Shown: positions 40,820 to 49,134, counted from the first letter of the stretch. The stretch is DNA of 64,000 nt from Polyangiaceae bacterium (GCA_044376115.1 JBILLK010000001.1:384001-448000); one strand, 5' to 3'. Program-made: numbers and translations. The notes: generated by a model not told the origin, from the letters alone.

Positions 40820-41160
40820 ACGATTTCGTCTCGAATCGGCGGCGCTCCGTAAGGCATGGCTTGATTGACCTCCTCCGCGCGAATGGCCGTCACGGCCGTA
40901 GTAGGCGTCGCCGAGGCACTGGGAACCTCCACCGTCGTAACGCCCGTACCGCCGTTGTTCGTCGTCTTCGGGTCGCTACCACAACCGGCAAGCGCCACCA
41001 CCGCAGCCGCACCTAGCGCCGCGCGCGCTGCGCGGGGAAGACGCTCCGCTGATTTGGCCGCAGGGCCGTTGTCCGGCGCGAGGACAGCCTCACAGAAAGG
41101 ACAGCTCGCCTCGTCACCACGGACGTGACGCAAACAGGAACTGCACGGGCGAAGCTTCAT
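40816..41160 (-). CDS. Zinc-ribbon lipoprotein with C-terminal PYGAPP
   Basis: PCSSCLRHV....CPFC, LAGC, AMPYGAPP. Confidence 0.75.
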   Translation of the reverse strand: MKLRPCSSCLRHVRGDEASCPFCEAVLAPDNGPAAKSAERLPRAARAALGAAAVVALAGCGSDPKTTNNGGTGVTTVEVPSASATPTTAVTAIRAEEVNQAMPYGAPPIRDEIV

Positions 41161-41189
41161 TGGTTGGTCCTTTCCTACTGCACCTGACA

Positions 41190-41678
41190 TTAGACGATCT
41201 GCGGCACTGGAGGAGCACCGTAGGGCTTGGCGTGATTGGGTGGGCGCATGACGGTACCGGTCGGGACGGTGGCAGTCGGTGGGACGGTCGCGGTCGGCTT
41301 TGCCGATACCGCAGTAACGGCTGTTGTGGCGACCGTGTTGGCTGCGCTGGCGCTGGCCGTCGCGACGGCGGTAACCGAAGAAGCTGAGCTGGTTGGCACG
41401 TTCTCAACCTTGGCGCTGGCCGCTGTAAGTTGGGGCACCACCAGCTCTTCGGCGGTTGCTACTGGCTTTGCGTTCTCTGGCTCCGCGGCGCTCGCACAGC
41501 CGGCCAACCCGGCGAAAGCCACGGCTGTGCCAAGCGCAGCACGAGCCGAACGGGATAGCCCGCCGAGCTGCACCGATTCACTCGATAACCGTGGTTCCAA
41601 GTTAGCTCCACAAAACGGGCACACGGATTCGTCAACACGCACGTGGCGCAAACAGGTCGAGCAAGGGTTCAGCTGCAT
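41190..41678 (-). CDS. Zinc-ribbon lipoprotein with C-terminal PYGAPP
   Basis: PCSTCLRHV....CPFC, LAGC, Ala/Thr linker, AKPYGAPP. Confidence 0.78.
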   Translation of the reverse strand: MQLNPCSTCLRHVRVDESVCPFCGANLEPRLSSESVQLGGLSRSARAALGTAVAFAGLAGCASAAEPENAKPVATAEELVVPQLTAASAKVENVPTSSASSVTAVATASASAANTVATTAVTAVSAKPTATVPPTATVPTGTVMRPPNHAKPYGAPPVPQIV

Positions 41679-41693
41679 TGTGCGAGGAGGCTA

Positions 41694-42851
41694 TCATCCG
41701 AGGAACCTCAATGTCTCCTGCCCCGGCAAACTACTGGGCAGCCCGAAGCCGTAACGCGCGAGGCTCTCTTCCAAGCTGCCGTGATACGCGCCGAGGTGAT
41801 CCAAGCAAGGCAGTATCCGGGCAACACCAACGCCACCCCCCGCGCTGACAAGCTCTGCAATTTGGCGCGACCGAGCGGGCGGAGTCACCCAATCGTATTC
41901 ACCCGTAACGGCCAGTACGCGAGCACGACAGCGAGACCAGGCGGCCCCAAGATCGCTAGCCTCCAGTTGCTCGTAATACGCTTTCGGCCGATCATCGATT
42001 ACAGCGCTATCCGTGTACCGAGCAAGATTGGCGCTTATCAACGCCTCAGCAGCAGCATCTTGTAGACCGCCTAGCTGATGCTGCAAACGGCCTGCTTCCC
42101 TCACGCTCTCGCGCCAGCCGATCGCACTGGTGCCATAGACGATCAAACAGCCTGTGCGCTCATTGGCGAGGAGCGGCGCCAACATCCCGCCGAGGCTATG
42201 GCCCCACAGATGAACGGGTTCTGTGGGGCTTAACTGCTCAATTCGCCTAAGCAATGCGCAGTAGTCCTCAAGTTCGGTTTGGAGGTCGGTTCGCTCGATG
42301 TCTCCCTCACTATCGCCCAATCCCCGACGTTCAAGACGCAACAGCGTGAAGCCTGCCTGCAGCAGCGCCTGAAGGGTCCGCCTCATCGTGGAATCTGCAA
42401 CAGGCAGCTCGGCGGACTCAGCCGAGAGACCTTGCAGTAGCAAGACGAAGCCCCGCTTGCTCTCCGAGGGCGGCCGGTTGACCAGAAGTCGCATTCGAGT
42501 TCCGTCGTGCTGCACGAGCTGCTCAAGCTGCGTGGGCACACCGTTCAACTGCTCGGGCGGTTGCTCTTGCACGACGACTTCACGCGCTTGGACCAAGCCG
42601 CGGCGACGAAACTCAAGCGTAGCGTGCGCCGTTTGGGCGGCAGCCCGAAGCGCTGCACGCAAATTGGCACGCGAGCAAAGAGGAACCTGAGCAAGGGCCA
42701 TCAGCTCGTCTTCAGGCTCGACCCCGGCAGCCGCTGCCATCGACCCTGGCAGCACCGCATCCACGAGCAACTGCGAGCCTTGCCAACGCGGCGCGACACC
42801 GAGTCGCGCCCTGCGACGAAGAACGTTGGCAGCCGGTGTTTGCGGATCCAA
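41694..42851 (-). CDS. PDZ domain plus alpha/beta hydrolase
   Basis: VLPGSMAAAAGV..ED (PDZ), ERRGLGDSEG, GHSLGG, GEYD, DH; TTG start uncertain. Confidence 0.75.
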   Translation of the reverse strand: MDPQTPAANVLRRRARLGVAPRWQGSQLLVDAVLPGSMAAAAGVEPEDELMALAQVPLCSRANLRAALRAAAQTAHATLEFRRRGLVQAREVVVQEQPPEQLNGVPTQLEQLVQHDGTRMRLLVNRPPSESKRGFVLLLQGLSAESAELPVADSTMRRTLQALLQAGFTLLRLERRGLGDSEGDIERTDLQTELEDYCALLRRIEQLSPTEPVHLWGHSLGGMLAPLLANERTGCLIVYGTSAIGWRESVREAGRLQHQLGGLQDAAAEALISANLARYTDSAVIDDRPKAYYEQLEASDLGAAWSRCRARVLAVTGEYDWVTPPARSRQIAELVSAGGGVGVARILPCLDHLGAYHGSLEESLARYGFGLPSSLPGQETLRFLG

Positions 42852-42859
42852 GGTGCCGC

Positions 42860-43783
42860 ATGATCCACGTGTTCGGAGCAGACGCCAAGCAACTGACGGC
42901 GCTGATCGAGCGCCTCGGCGAGCCTGCGACGGCGCACGAAGAACAAGCCTCGCTGCTGCGTGTGAGCACCGAGGTTGAGGTGCTCTTCTCAGCTTCAGTA
43001 CCCGCGCTCGATTGGTCGAGCTTTCCACGCTTGCGCTTGCTCCAGACGATGGGGGCTGGTGTTGACGAGCTGATCGACAGAGCCCTACCTGAGTGCGCCA
43101 TTGCCACTGCCAAAGGCTTATTCGCGACGGAGGTAGCCGAATACATCGTCGGTGCGGTGCTCTTTCATCTGCGCGGCTTTGGCCAATACTCAGCGCTGCA
43201 AGCCGAGCATGTTTGGCGGCCTTCTGCAGCGCGGAGACTTCAAGGTCAGCGGGGCTGCCTGCTCGGCGTTGGCGCCGTGGGGTCCGAAGTAGCCAGCCGT
43301 TTGCGAGCCTTCAACGTCCAGCTCGACGCGGTGGTGCTCCACGCTAGGCCGCTCGCCAATATCCAAACCGTGGTCGCTCCAGAGCAGAGGCTGAGCGTCT
43401 TGTCCGGGGCCGACTTTCTCGTGATTGCAGCGCCGCTAACGAAGGCTACGCGCGGCCTCGTTGGAGCTCGCGAGCTTTCGGCGCTGGCCAGACGGGCCAT
43501 CGTGGTCAACGTGGGACGTGGCCCGATCATCGATGAACGAGCTCTGGCGGACGCGCTGCGCTCGGGCGTGATTGGCGGCGCGGTGCTCGACGTCTTTGCC
43601 GAGGAGCCGTTACCGCCAGGGAACGAGCTATGGAACGCGCCCAATACGCTGGTGACTCCGCATGTCGCAGGGCTGGGTCTTCGCTACGGTGACCGCTGCG
43701 TGGAGCGGCTCGTGGAGAACGTTGCGCGCTTGAAGTCAGGCCTGCCCCTGCTAGGCCCGTTCATGCCGGAAGAAGGCTACTAA
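42860..43783 (+). CDS. D-2-hydroxyacid dehydrogenase family
   Basis: GAGVD, GVGAVG, PLT..T, NVGRG, LDVF..EPL, TPHVAG. Confidence 0.9.
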   Translation: MIHVFGADAKQLTALIERLGEPATAHEEQASLLRVSTEVEVLFSASVPALDWSSFPRLRLLQTMGAGVDELIDRALPECAIATAKGLFATEVAEYIVGAVLFHLRGFGQYSALQAEHVWRPSAARRLQGQRGCLLGVGAVGSEVASRLRAFNVQLDAVVLHARPLANIQTVVAPEQRLSVLSGADFLVIAAPLTKATRGLVGARELSALARRAIVVNVGRGPIIDERALADALRSGVIGGAVLDVFAEEPLPPGNELWNAPNTLVTPHVAGLGLRYGDRCVERLVENVARLKSGLPLLGPFMPEEGY

Positions 43784-43798
43784 CGCTCGCTGCTTGAA

Positions 43799-44245
43799 TC
43801 AGCGTCGTTCAAAGCCGGAGCCGAGCCGGTACGGGTCCGTCTCGGCGGCGGCCGCAAGCATCGGTTGCGCGTTTCCTTCGCTACCGCGCCAGAGGTCGTA
43901 GAACAGCTGCTGCTTCCTTTTCGAGTAGTCACTCCAGGCAAGCAGCCAGAACACGACGGCCGCTGGAAAACAGATAACCCAGGACGCGAATAAGAGCAGC
44001 GCACCTTTGTCCTCGAGGGACATCTCGAGTTTGATGGTGACGTTTGTCCATTGACCCATTGGCACGGCATAAACGCGCGTATCCAGCACGAAGCCGTAGC
44101 TGCTCTCCGCCGTCTTTCCCATCCACATAACCGGGCTGACCCGCGCGAGGGCCCGACCATGCGGCGCCGCCGCCCAAGCAAGACCCGCAAGGGATTGTTC
44201 GTAGATCTCGCTCGGAATCGCTCGTGTCTGAGAATCTTCAAACAT
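43799..44245 (-). CDS. Hypothetical membrane protein
   Basis: ATG ORF filling the gap, with one TM segment (LLLFASWVICFPAAVVFWLLAW). Confidence 0.5.
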   Translation of the reverse strand: MFEDSQTRAIPSEIYEQSLAGLAWAAAPHGRALARVSPVMWMGKTAESSYGFVLDTRVYAVPMGQWTNVTIKLEMSLEDKGALLLFASWVICFPAAVVFWLLAWSDYSKRKQQLFYDLWRGSEGNAQPMLAAAAETDPYRLGSGFERR

Positions 44246-44262
44246 GAACGCGCAACTCGCAG

Positions 44263-45894
44263 CTACTCGCCACAGCCGGGAGCACCCTGGCCGCCAGGAG
44301 CTGCCGGGGTGTCACCGCTCAACTTGTTCTCACAGCCCGCCAACTTGTTGTGCGCACAGACATTGGTCTTGATCGTCTCGGGATCGATCCCGGAGAACTG
44401 GTACTTGCCATTCACCAGCCACGTCGGGCTCGCGCCAAACTTCAGGCTGTCCGAATAGGCGAAGGACTTTGCCAGCAGCTTCTTGCCCTCGTCCCCTTCG
44501 GAGCAGCTCTTGATGACCGCCGCATCGATCCCGGTCGTACTGGTTGCGCAGGACTGCCAGTTGGGGTCGCTGATGTTCTTGTTGCGACACCAAACGTAGT
44601 TCATGAACTTGCGGTCTTTGCCGTAATGCTCCGCAGCACAGATCTCCCGCAGATCTTCATCGACCTCCGGCTGCCCGTGCATCGAACCGAGGTTGCTTTC
44701 ATTGCCTTCGCCGATGAAGTGCACCTTGAAGTTGAGCTTCGCGCCAGCCTTGTCGAAGTTGGCTAACACCTCTTTCATCGCGTCCAGGCCCTTCACCCCA
44801 AACGGACACTGCGACATGACGAACACCTCGAGGGTGTTGGGCTCTTCGGCCTTGCATTGCAATGTGCTCTTGCATTCAGCGAGCGAGCAACCGTCCTTAT
44901 CGGCGCAAAGCGGGTTCCACTCGCCAACGTCAGCCACGCGATAGCTGCCTGCATTCCGCAGGTTCTTGCCCAGCTTTTCGTTGGCTTCCTTGTCAGCAGC
45001 CAGCGTCTCATTGAAGGCGATGGCTGGCAGCTGCGTGGGCTTGATCGCGTCAAACAGCTTCTTCCCTGCTGGGTCGCTGTAGTCGACGACGGTGACCGAG
45101 GGGTTGCCCATCAGGTTGGGCAGCTGACGTTCGATGGGCGTGGTGTCGCAGTCTTCACCGCAGCGCTTGTCCGTAAGGATGACGACATCCACTTTGGGCG
45201 GGACGGGCAGGTCATTGCAGACGGCCGGCTTGCTCTCAGAGTACGCGCCACAGATGGCACGCATCACGTCGGTAGCGCGCCGATTGCCGTTGTACTCCTT
45301 GCCGCCAATGAAGATGGTCGGGCTGCCCGAAGCATCACGCTCTTTGGCCTTCTTGAAAGATGCTTCCAGTAGGCTCTTGCCCTCCGGGCCGTCGGCGCAG
45401 GTCTTCAAGACCGCCGGGTCAAGACCAACTCGCGTCGCGCAGGCTTCACCGTTCGTATCAACGGCCCTGTAGTTCTCGTTCTGGCACTCGACGAACTCGA
45501 ACCATTTCTCTGAGTATTGGCGCGCACAAAGCTGAAGAGTGTCTCCGCGAACCTCCTTCGGCCCGTGCATGGAGGTTAGATCGCCGGTTGGCAGAATGTC
45601 CCCGATGTACTCGACCGCAAAGTCGATGTCGGCTCCGAAGGCGCTGATCACCTCCTTGAACATGGCCTCGGCTTGCACGCCGTAAGGACATTGCGACATA
45701 GCGTAGAGTTCGACTTTGACCGCGCCCGGGTTCACCTGGCGCACGACAGCCGAGCCGGTGACTTTGTTGGCGGGGCTCGCAGGATCTGGAGCCGCGACGG
45801 CCGTGGGCCTCTCGTCGAGCATCCACATGCCCAACACGCCGATTGCGAAAGACCCAGCGACTCCCAGAAGTGTCGAACTCTTCGAAATGCTCAT
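44263..45894 (-). CDS. Exported protein with two GILT-like thioredoxin-fold domains
   Basis: Two copies of (Y/F).MSQCP(Y/F)G...SMHG..EV...C...SPT. Confidence 0.75.
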   Translation of the reverse strand: MSISKSSTLLGVAGSFAIGVLGMWMLDERPTAVAAPDPASPANKVTGSAVVRQVNPGAVKVELYAMSQCPYGVQAEAMFKEVISAFGADIDFAVEYIGDILPTGDLTSMHGPKEVRGDTLQLCARQYSEKWFEFVECQNENYRAVDTNGEACATRVGLDPAVLKTCADGPEGKSLLEASFKKAKERDASGSPTIFIGGKEYNGNRRATDVMRAICGAYSESKPAVCNDLPVPPKVDVVILTDKRCGEDCDTTPIERQLPNLMGNPSVTVVDYSDPAGKKLFDAIKPTQLPAIAFNETLAADKEANEKLGKNLRNAGSYRVADVGEWNPLCADKDGCSLAECKSTLQCKAEEPNTLEVFVMSQCPFGVKGLDAMKEVLANFDKAGAKLNFKVHFIGEGNESNLGSMHGQPEVDEDLREICAAEHYGKDRKFMNYVWCRNKNISDPNWQSCATSTTGIDAAVIKSCSEGDEGKKLLAKSFAYSDSLKFGASPTWLVNGKYQFSGIDPETIKTNVCAHNKLAGCENKLSGDTPAAPGGQGAPGCGE

Positions 45895-45948
45895 GGCGCA
45901 AAGCACTTGGTAGCATTCGTGGCTTCGCGCGGCCACCATCGCGAGGCC

Positions 45949-46734
45949 CTACTTTGGCGAGAAAACTGTGAAGAATTGTCGGGGTGCGCGCTTGCGCCGG
46001 AGGCACCGGGTAGCCGCGTCCAAGAAGCACACCGTAAAAGCCCTGCGCGAGCGACCTGAACGGTTATTCCCCGACCGGTGCCAGACGAGGTTGTGAATGA
46101 GAAACACCTCTCCAGCTTGTGCTGGCTTGCTCAGCCTCGTCTCGAGCCGAGCACTCCGAGCTACGACATCCGCAGGGATCGCGCCGCCTAGCGGCGTGGC
46201 TAGCCCGTCGAAGTGACTGTCGGGGATGAACTCCAGGCAGCCGCTTTGCTCAGGCACGTCGTCAAGCGCAGTCCAGATCTGCAGCTCTGGCGTTCGATCG
46301 AGCCCCCAGTAGCTGCCAGCATCCTGATGCCAAGGAATCTCCGAGCTCCCGTCGGCCGCCTTGTTGAACAAGGTGGCGCGGTAGATCGCGACGTGATCCC
46401 CGATCACGGCGCGGGCAACGGCCTCGAACAAGGACGACTGAATATGGGCAAGGAACAGCGGATCACGCTCGAGCTTTTCGAGCTTCCGGTAGCGCAGCGA
46501 AGGACCGACGAAGCCCTGACCGTAGGACAAGTCTGCGTAGCGATTGCTCTCACTGTCGTGCTGAAAGAAGAACCCCGAAGGGTCGACTCGTCCCAACATG
46601 ATGTCGTCGGCGCGAACTCGCAGCCTTTCGAGCGCGACCTCATCAAATACGCGCCCCAAACTAGCGAAGCCGTGACGGCGATACTCAGCCACAGCTTGCT
46701 CGATGCTTGGTGCCGGCAACGCAGAGAGGGTCAT
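45949..46734 (-). CDS. Phytanoyl-CoA dioxygenase (PhyH) family Fe/2OG oxygenase
   Basis: PWHQD, WTALDD, GCLEFIPDSH, H.SG.N.S...R. Confidence 0.9.
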   Translation of the reverse strand: MTLSALPAPSIEQAVAEYRRHGFASLGRVFDEVALERLRVRADDIMLGRVDPSGFFFQHDSESNRYADLSYGQGFVGPSLRYRKLEKLERDPLFLAHIQSSLFEAVARAVIGDHVAIYRATLFNKAADGSSEIPWHQDAGSYWGLDRTPELQIWTALDDVPEQSGCLEFIPDSHFDGLATPLGGAIPADVVARSARLETRLSKPAQAGEVFLIHNLVWHRSGNNRSGRSRRAFTVCFLDAATRCLRRKRAPRQFFTVFSPK

Positions 46735-47516
46735 GAGGGCTCGAACCGAAGCAGGACTCGACCTTGGGCGTCGAGTCCGGGGGGGATGATCAGAATGCGC
46801 TCGCCGCCTTCGGCCCGAGCCAAGATTCGGCCTAACTCCTCGTGATCGGTCGCTTGGATTTTGGCATCGATTGGCCCGTCGTAGCGGCGCTGCATGGCCG
46901 CCGACCACGTTGCCTCGTCGGATAGATCGCTCTCATAGACAAAGCTCTTCGCCTTGAATTCGTGCGTTCCTGGAACCGACGAAACCACCCGCATCGGCCC
47001 CATACGCGTGTGGACACGCACGCTTGGGTTCTGCCACTGCGCCACTCCCCGCAACCGGGAAGCCCCCAACATCCGCAGCGTGAGCGCCTTCACCCAAGCA
47101 CCGGCCAGAACCCGCGGCACTAGACTTAGTAGCGATACACCGATGAAAGTCCCCGGGTGAATCGTGGGAGCACCAAGGTAGGCGGCCGCGATCGCGCGAT
47201 CGTCGGGGCGCAACCCAAGCCGCTTGCGAACGGGAATATCGAGCACTCGTGCTTCACACGTGAGCAGACCGATCGCACCCGGTAGAAGGTAAAGATCACT
47301 GAGCACCCACCCGGGAAGCGACAGCTCCCCTGGGAACGCTAGCGCGTTGGACTCTCGATACAGGGCAACGAGTTCAGGGTGGCTTTCAGCAGCAAAAAAC
47401 TGCGCCTTGCAACCGAGTGGGTTGAGGTCCATCGCCCGTGCGTTGTCGGCCGCACCCAGCGCAGCAAGGGACAACTCCGGATGTCGCCGAAAGAACTCAC
47501 TCGCGAGGTCACGCAT
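46731..47516 (-). CDS. Hypothetical cytoplasmic protein coupled to PhyH gene
   Basis: 261-aa ORF, ATGA overlap with downstream gene. Confidence 0.65.
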   Translation of the reverse strand: MRDLASEFFRRHPELSLAALGAADNARAMDLNPLGCKAQFFAAESHPELVALYRESNALAFPGELSLPGWVLSDLYLLPGAIGLLTCEARVLDIPVRKRLGLRPDDRAIAAAYLGAPTIHPGTFIGVSLLSLVPRVLAGAWVKALTLRMLGASRLRGVAQWQNPSVRVHTRMGPMRVVSSVPGTHEFKAKSFVYESDLSDEATWSAAMQRRYDGPIDAKIQATDHEELGRILARAEGGERILIIPPGLDAQGRVLLRFEPS

Positions 47517-47570
47517 CCGGCGAGCCTAAACCAGATGCCCCGCCGCTTGTACCGCGGCAGGGCTCCTCGA

Positions 47571-47804
47571 CTAGGTTGGCGGCGGCGGTGAGGGCGGGGT
47601 CGTAGCTGCCGGGCATTCGGCAAATTCGCAATTGGGTCCGGTCCGACCGACCGAGGAGCCGTCGGGGCAAACCTTTGCCTCTTCGGTGCAAGCCTTCGGC
47701 GCGTCCGGCCCTGGCGTCGGGGTTGGATTTGATTTGCTGCCGCACGCGGCGACGAGCAGCGGGAGGACGACGAAACACCAACGAGGAATCATGCGGGCGA
47801 GCAT
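47571..47804 (-). CDS. Small lipoprotein with CTEEAKVCPDGS..GR..PNCEF..CP module
   Basis: VAAC lipobox plus a four-Cys module; start 47804 or 47792. Confidence 0.7.
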   Translation of the reverse strand: MLARMIPRWCFVVLPLLVAACGSKSNPTPTPGPDAPKACTEEAKVCPDGSSVGRTGPNCEFAECPAATTPPSPPPPT

Positions 47805-47887
47805 CGCAGAGCCCCGATACGTTGTCGACGCAACGATGTCAGGTGCCCGCGAGCCTTGCGTCACTCGAGCCCAAAGAAGAGAGAGCC

Positions 47888-48643
47888 ATGTCCATCAAGA
47901 AGCTATGTCAATTCATCGCCATCGAGAGTTCGGTCAAAGCGCGAGTAACTGCCGACCTAACAGAGGCACACAAGGATCTTCAAAAGGGTGACCTGTTTAA
48001 TGGGCATTCGCGCCGTTATGAGCCCCGTAACGAGGATCCGAATTCGCCTCTCGGCGAGAAGCTTCCGGAGGAGCACAAGAAGGTCGTTGCGCGCGCGGAA
48101 GCGATCGTCAAACTCACGCTCGATCGACTCACAGAGCAATACGATCTGGCAGCGACGCGTGACTACGGTAACTGTCTTGCAAAAGCTGACGTCGAAGTCG
48201 ATGGCAGGGTTTTGCTCAAAGACGTACCGGTGGCACACCTGCTGTTTCTCGAGAAGCGGCTCGACGACCTGCTGACGTTCGTTCGCAAACTTCCAACGCT
48301 CGATCCCACCGAGACGTGGGAGTTCAACCCCTCGCAGGATCTTTACGCGACAGCTCCTGTGCAAACGGCTCGCAGCAAGAAGATCGCTCGTGCCCTCGTG
48401 CTGTACGAAGCGACGAAGGAGCATCCGGCACAGGTCAAAGAGATCACCGAGGATGTACAGGCCGGCACCTGGTCGACGATCAAGTACTCGTCCGCGTTAC
48501 CCTTGCAGCGTCGCAACGAGATGTTGCGCCGTGCAGAAGAGCTCCAAAAAGCCATCAAGTTCGCCCGGGAGAAGGCCAACTCCACTGAAGTGGAGGAGCG
48601 CAAGCAAGGCCGCGCGCTCCTCGATTATGTCTTCAAGGGTTGA
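47888..48643 (+). CDS. Uncharacterised 251-aa protein (resembles, from memory, the family annotated DUF7873), candidate ncRNA partner
   Basis: Purine-rich leader then ATG; LF.G.SR.Y.P, A.ADV.VDG, VPV..LLFLEK, LP.LDP, EAT.EHPAQV, K.ARE.AN; family name needs HMM confirmation. Confidence 0.8.
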   Translation: MSIKKLCQFIAIESSVKARVTADLTEAHKDLQKGDLFNGHSRRYEPRNEDPNSPLGEKLPEEHKKVVARAEAIVKLTLDRLTEQYDLAATRDYGNCLAKADVEVDGRVLLKDVPVAHLLFLEKRLDDLLTFVRKLPTLDPTETWEFNPSQDLYATAPVQTARSKKIARALVLYEATKEHPAQVKEITEDVQAGTWSTIKYSSALPLQRRNEMLRRAEELQKAIKFAREKANSTEVEERKQGRALLDYVFKG

Positions 48644-48702
48644 GCCTAGCTGGCCCCCCTGCGAAGCTAAGACTTGGGCCGGCTGACGCCGGCTCATGAG
48701 CA

Positions 48703-48726
48703 CAACCTCAACCTCAACCTCAACCT
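48703..48726 (+). repeat. (CAACCT)x4 tandem hexamer
   Basis: Read directly from the sequence. Confidence 0.95.
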
Positions 48727-49092
48727 GAAGCAGCGCGTCTGACAGTGCAGGTTCGAATCCTGCTCCGCCCACCGCATTGATGCATCAATGCTGACTCTTT
48801 GGGGCGGGTAGCCCAAGCGGGCCCAAGCCTTTCGGCAAGGGCCTATCGGTAGAGGCAAGCGCCTTGCAAACCAAACTCAGACTATTGCTCCAATCTCCTA
48901 AGTAAAACGAGGACCCTCAATCACCCGGGTGTGGACCTAGAGAACGGATGCGGGCTCATCTCCCGCCCTCCCAGCCAAGCCTGCGAAGCGTCGTTGGCTT
49001 CGCTGGGAGGTCGTCTAACGGTAGGACACGCTCTCCTCAAACTGAGCCGCACCCTTAAACGGACACTGTGAGGGTCATGAACATCGTCTCCC

Positions 49093-49134
49093 GGCGCCCC
49101 AGCGTAGGCTACACACTGGGGCGCCACCTATTTT
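49093..49134 (+). terminator. Candidate intrinsic terminator ending the ncRNA
   Basis: GGCGCCCCAG/CTGGGGCGCC 10-bp stem followed by ACCTATTTT. Confidence 0.55.

Noticed and set aside
48497..48772. Minus-strand ORF with VEVEVEV
   Set aside because: Antisense shadow of the CAACCT repeat and the T-arm; overlaps the real CDS
48747..48773. tRNA 3'-end fragment as an att site of an island integrated at tRNA-Met
   Set aside because: It is on the opposite strand to tRNA-Met and differs in sequence, it has its own pairing partner downstream, and no integrase is present
48802..48977. Ordinary or intron-containing tRNA made from 5' half 1 and 3' half 2
   Set aside because: GGGCGGG does not form a proper acceptor stem with CCTCCCA, whereas each half pairs fully in the permuted arrangement; no anticodon arm is present
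49068..49125. Third tRNA-like domain in the ncRNA
   Set aside because: TGAGGGTC is better explained by pairing with 48912-19, and no D-arm follows the final hairpin, which looks like a terminator
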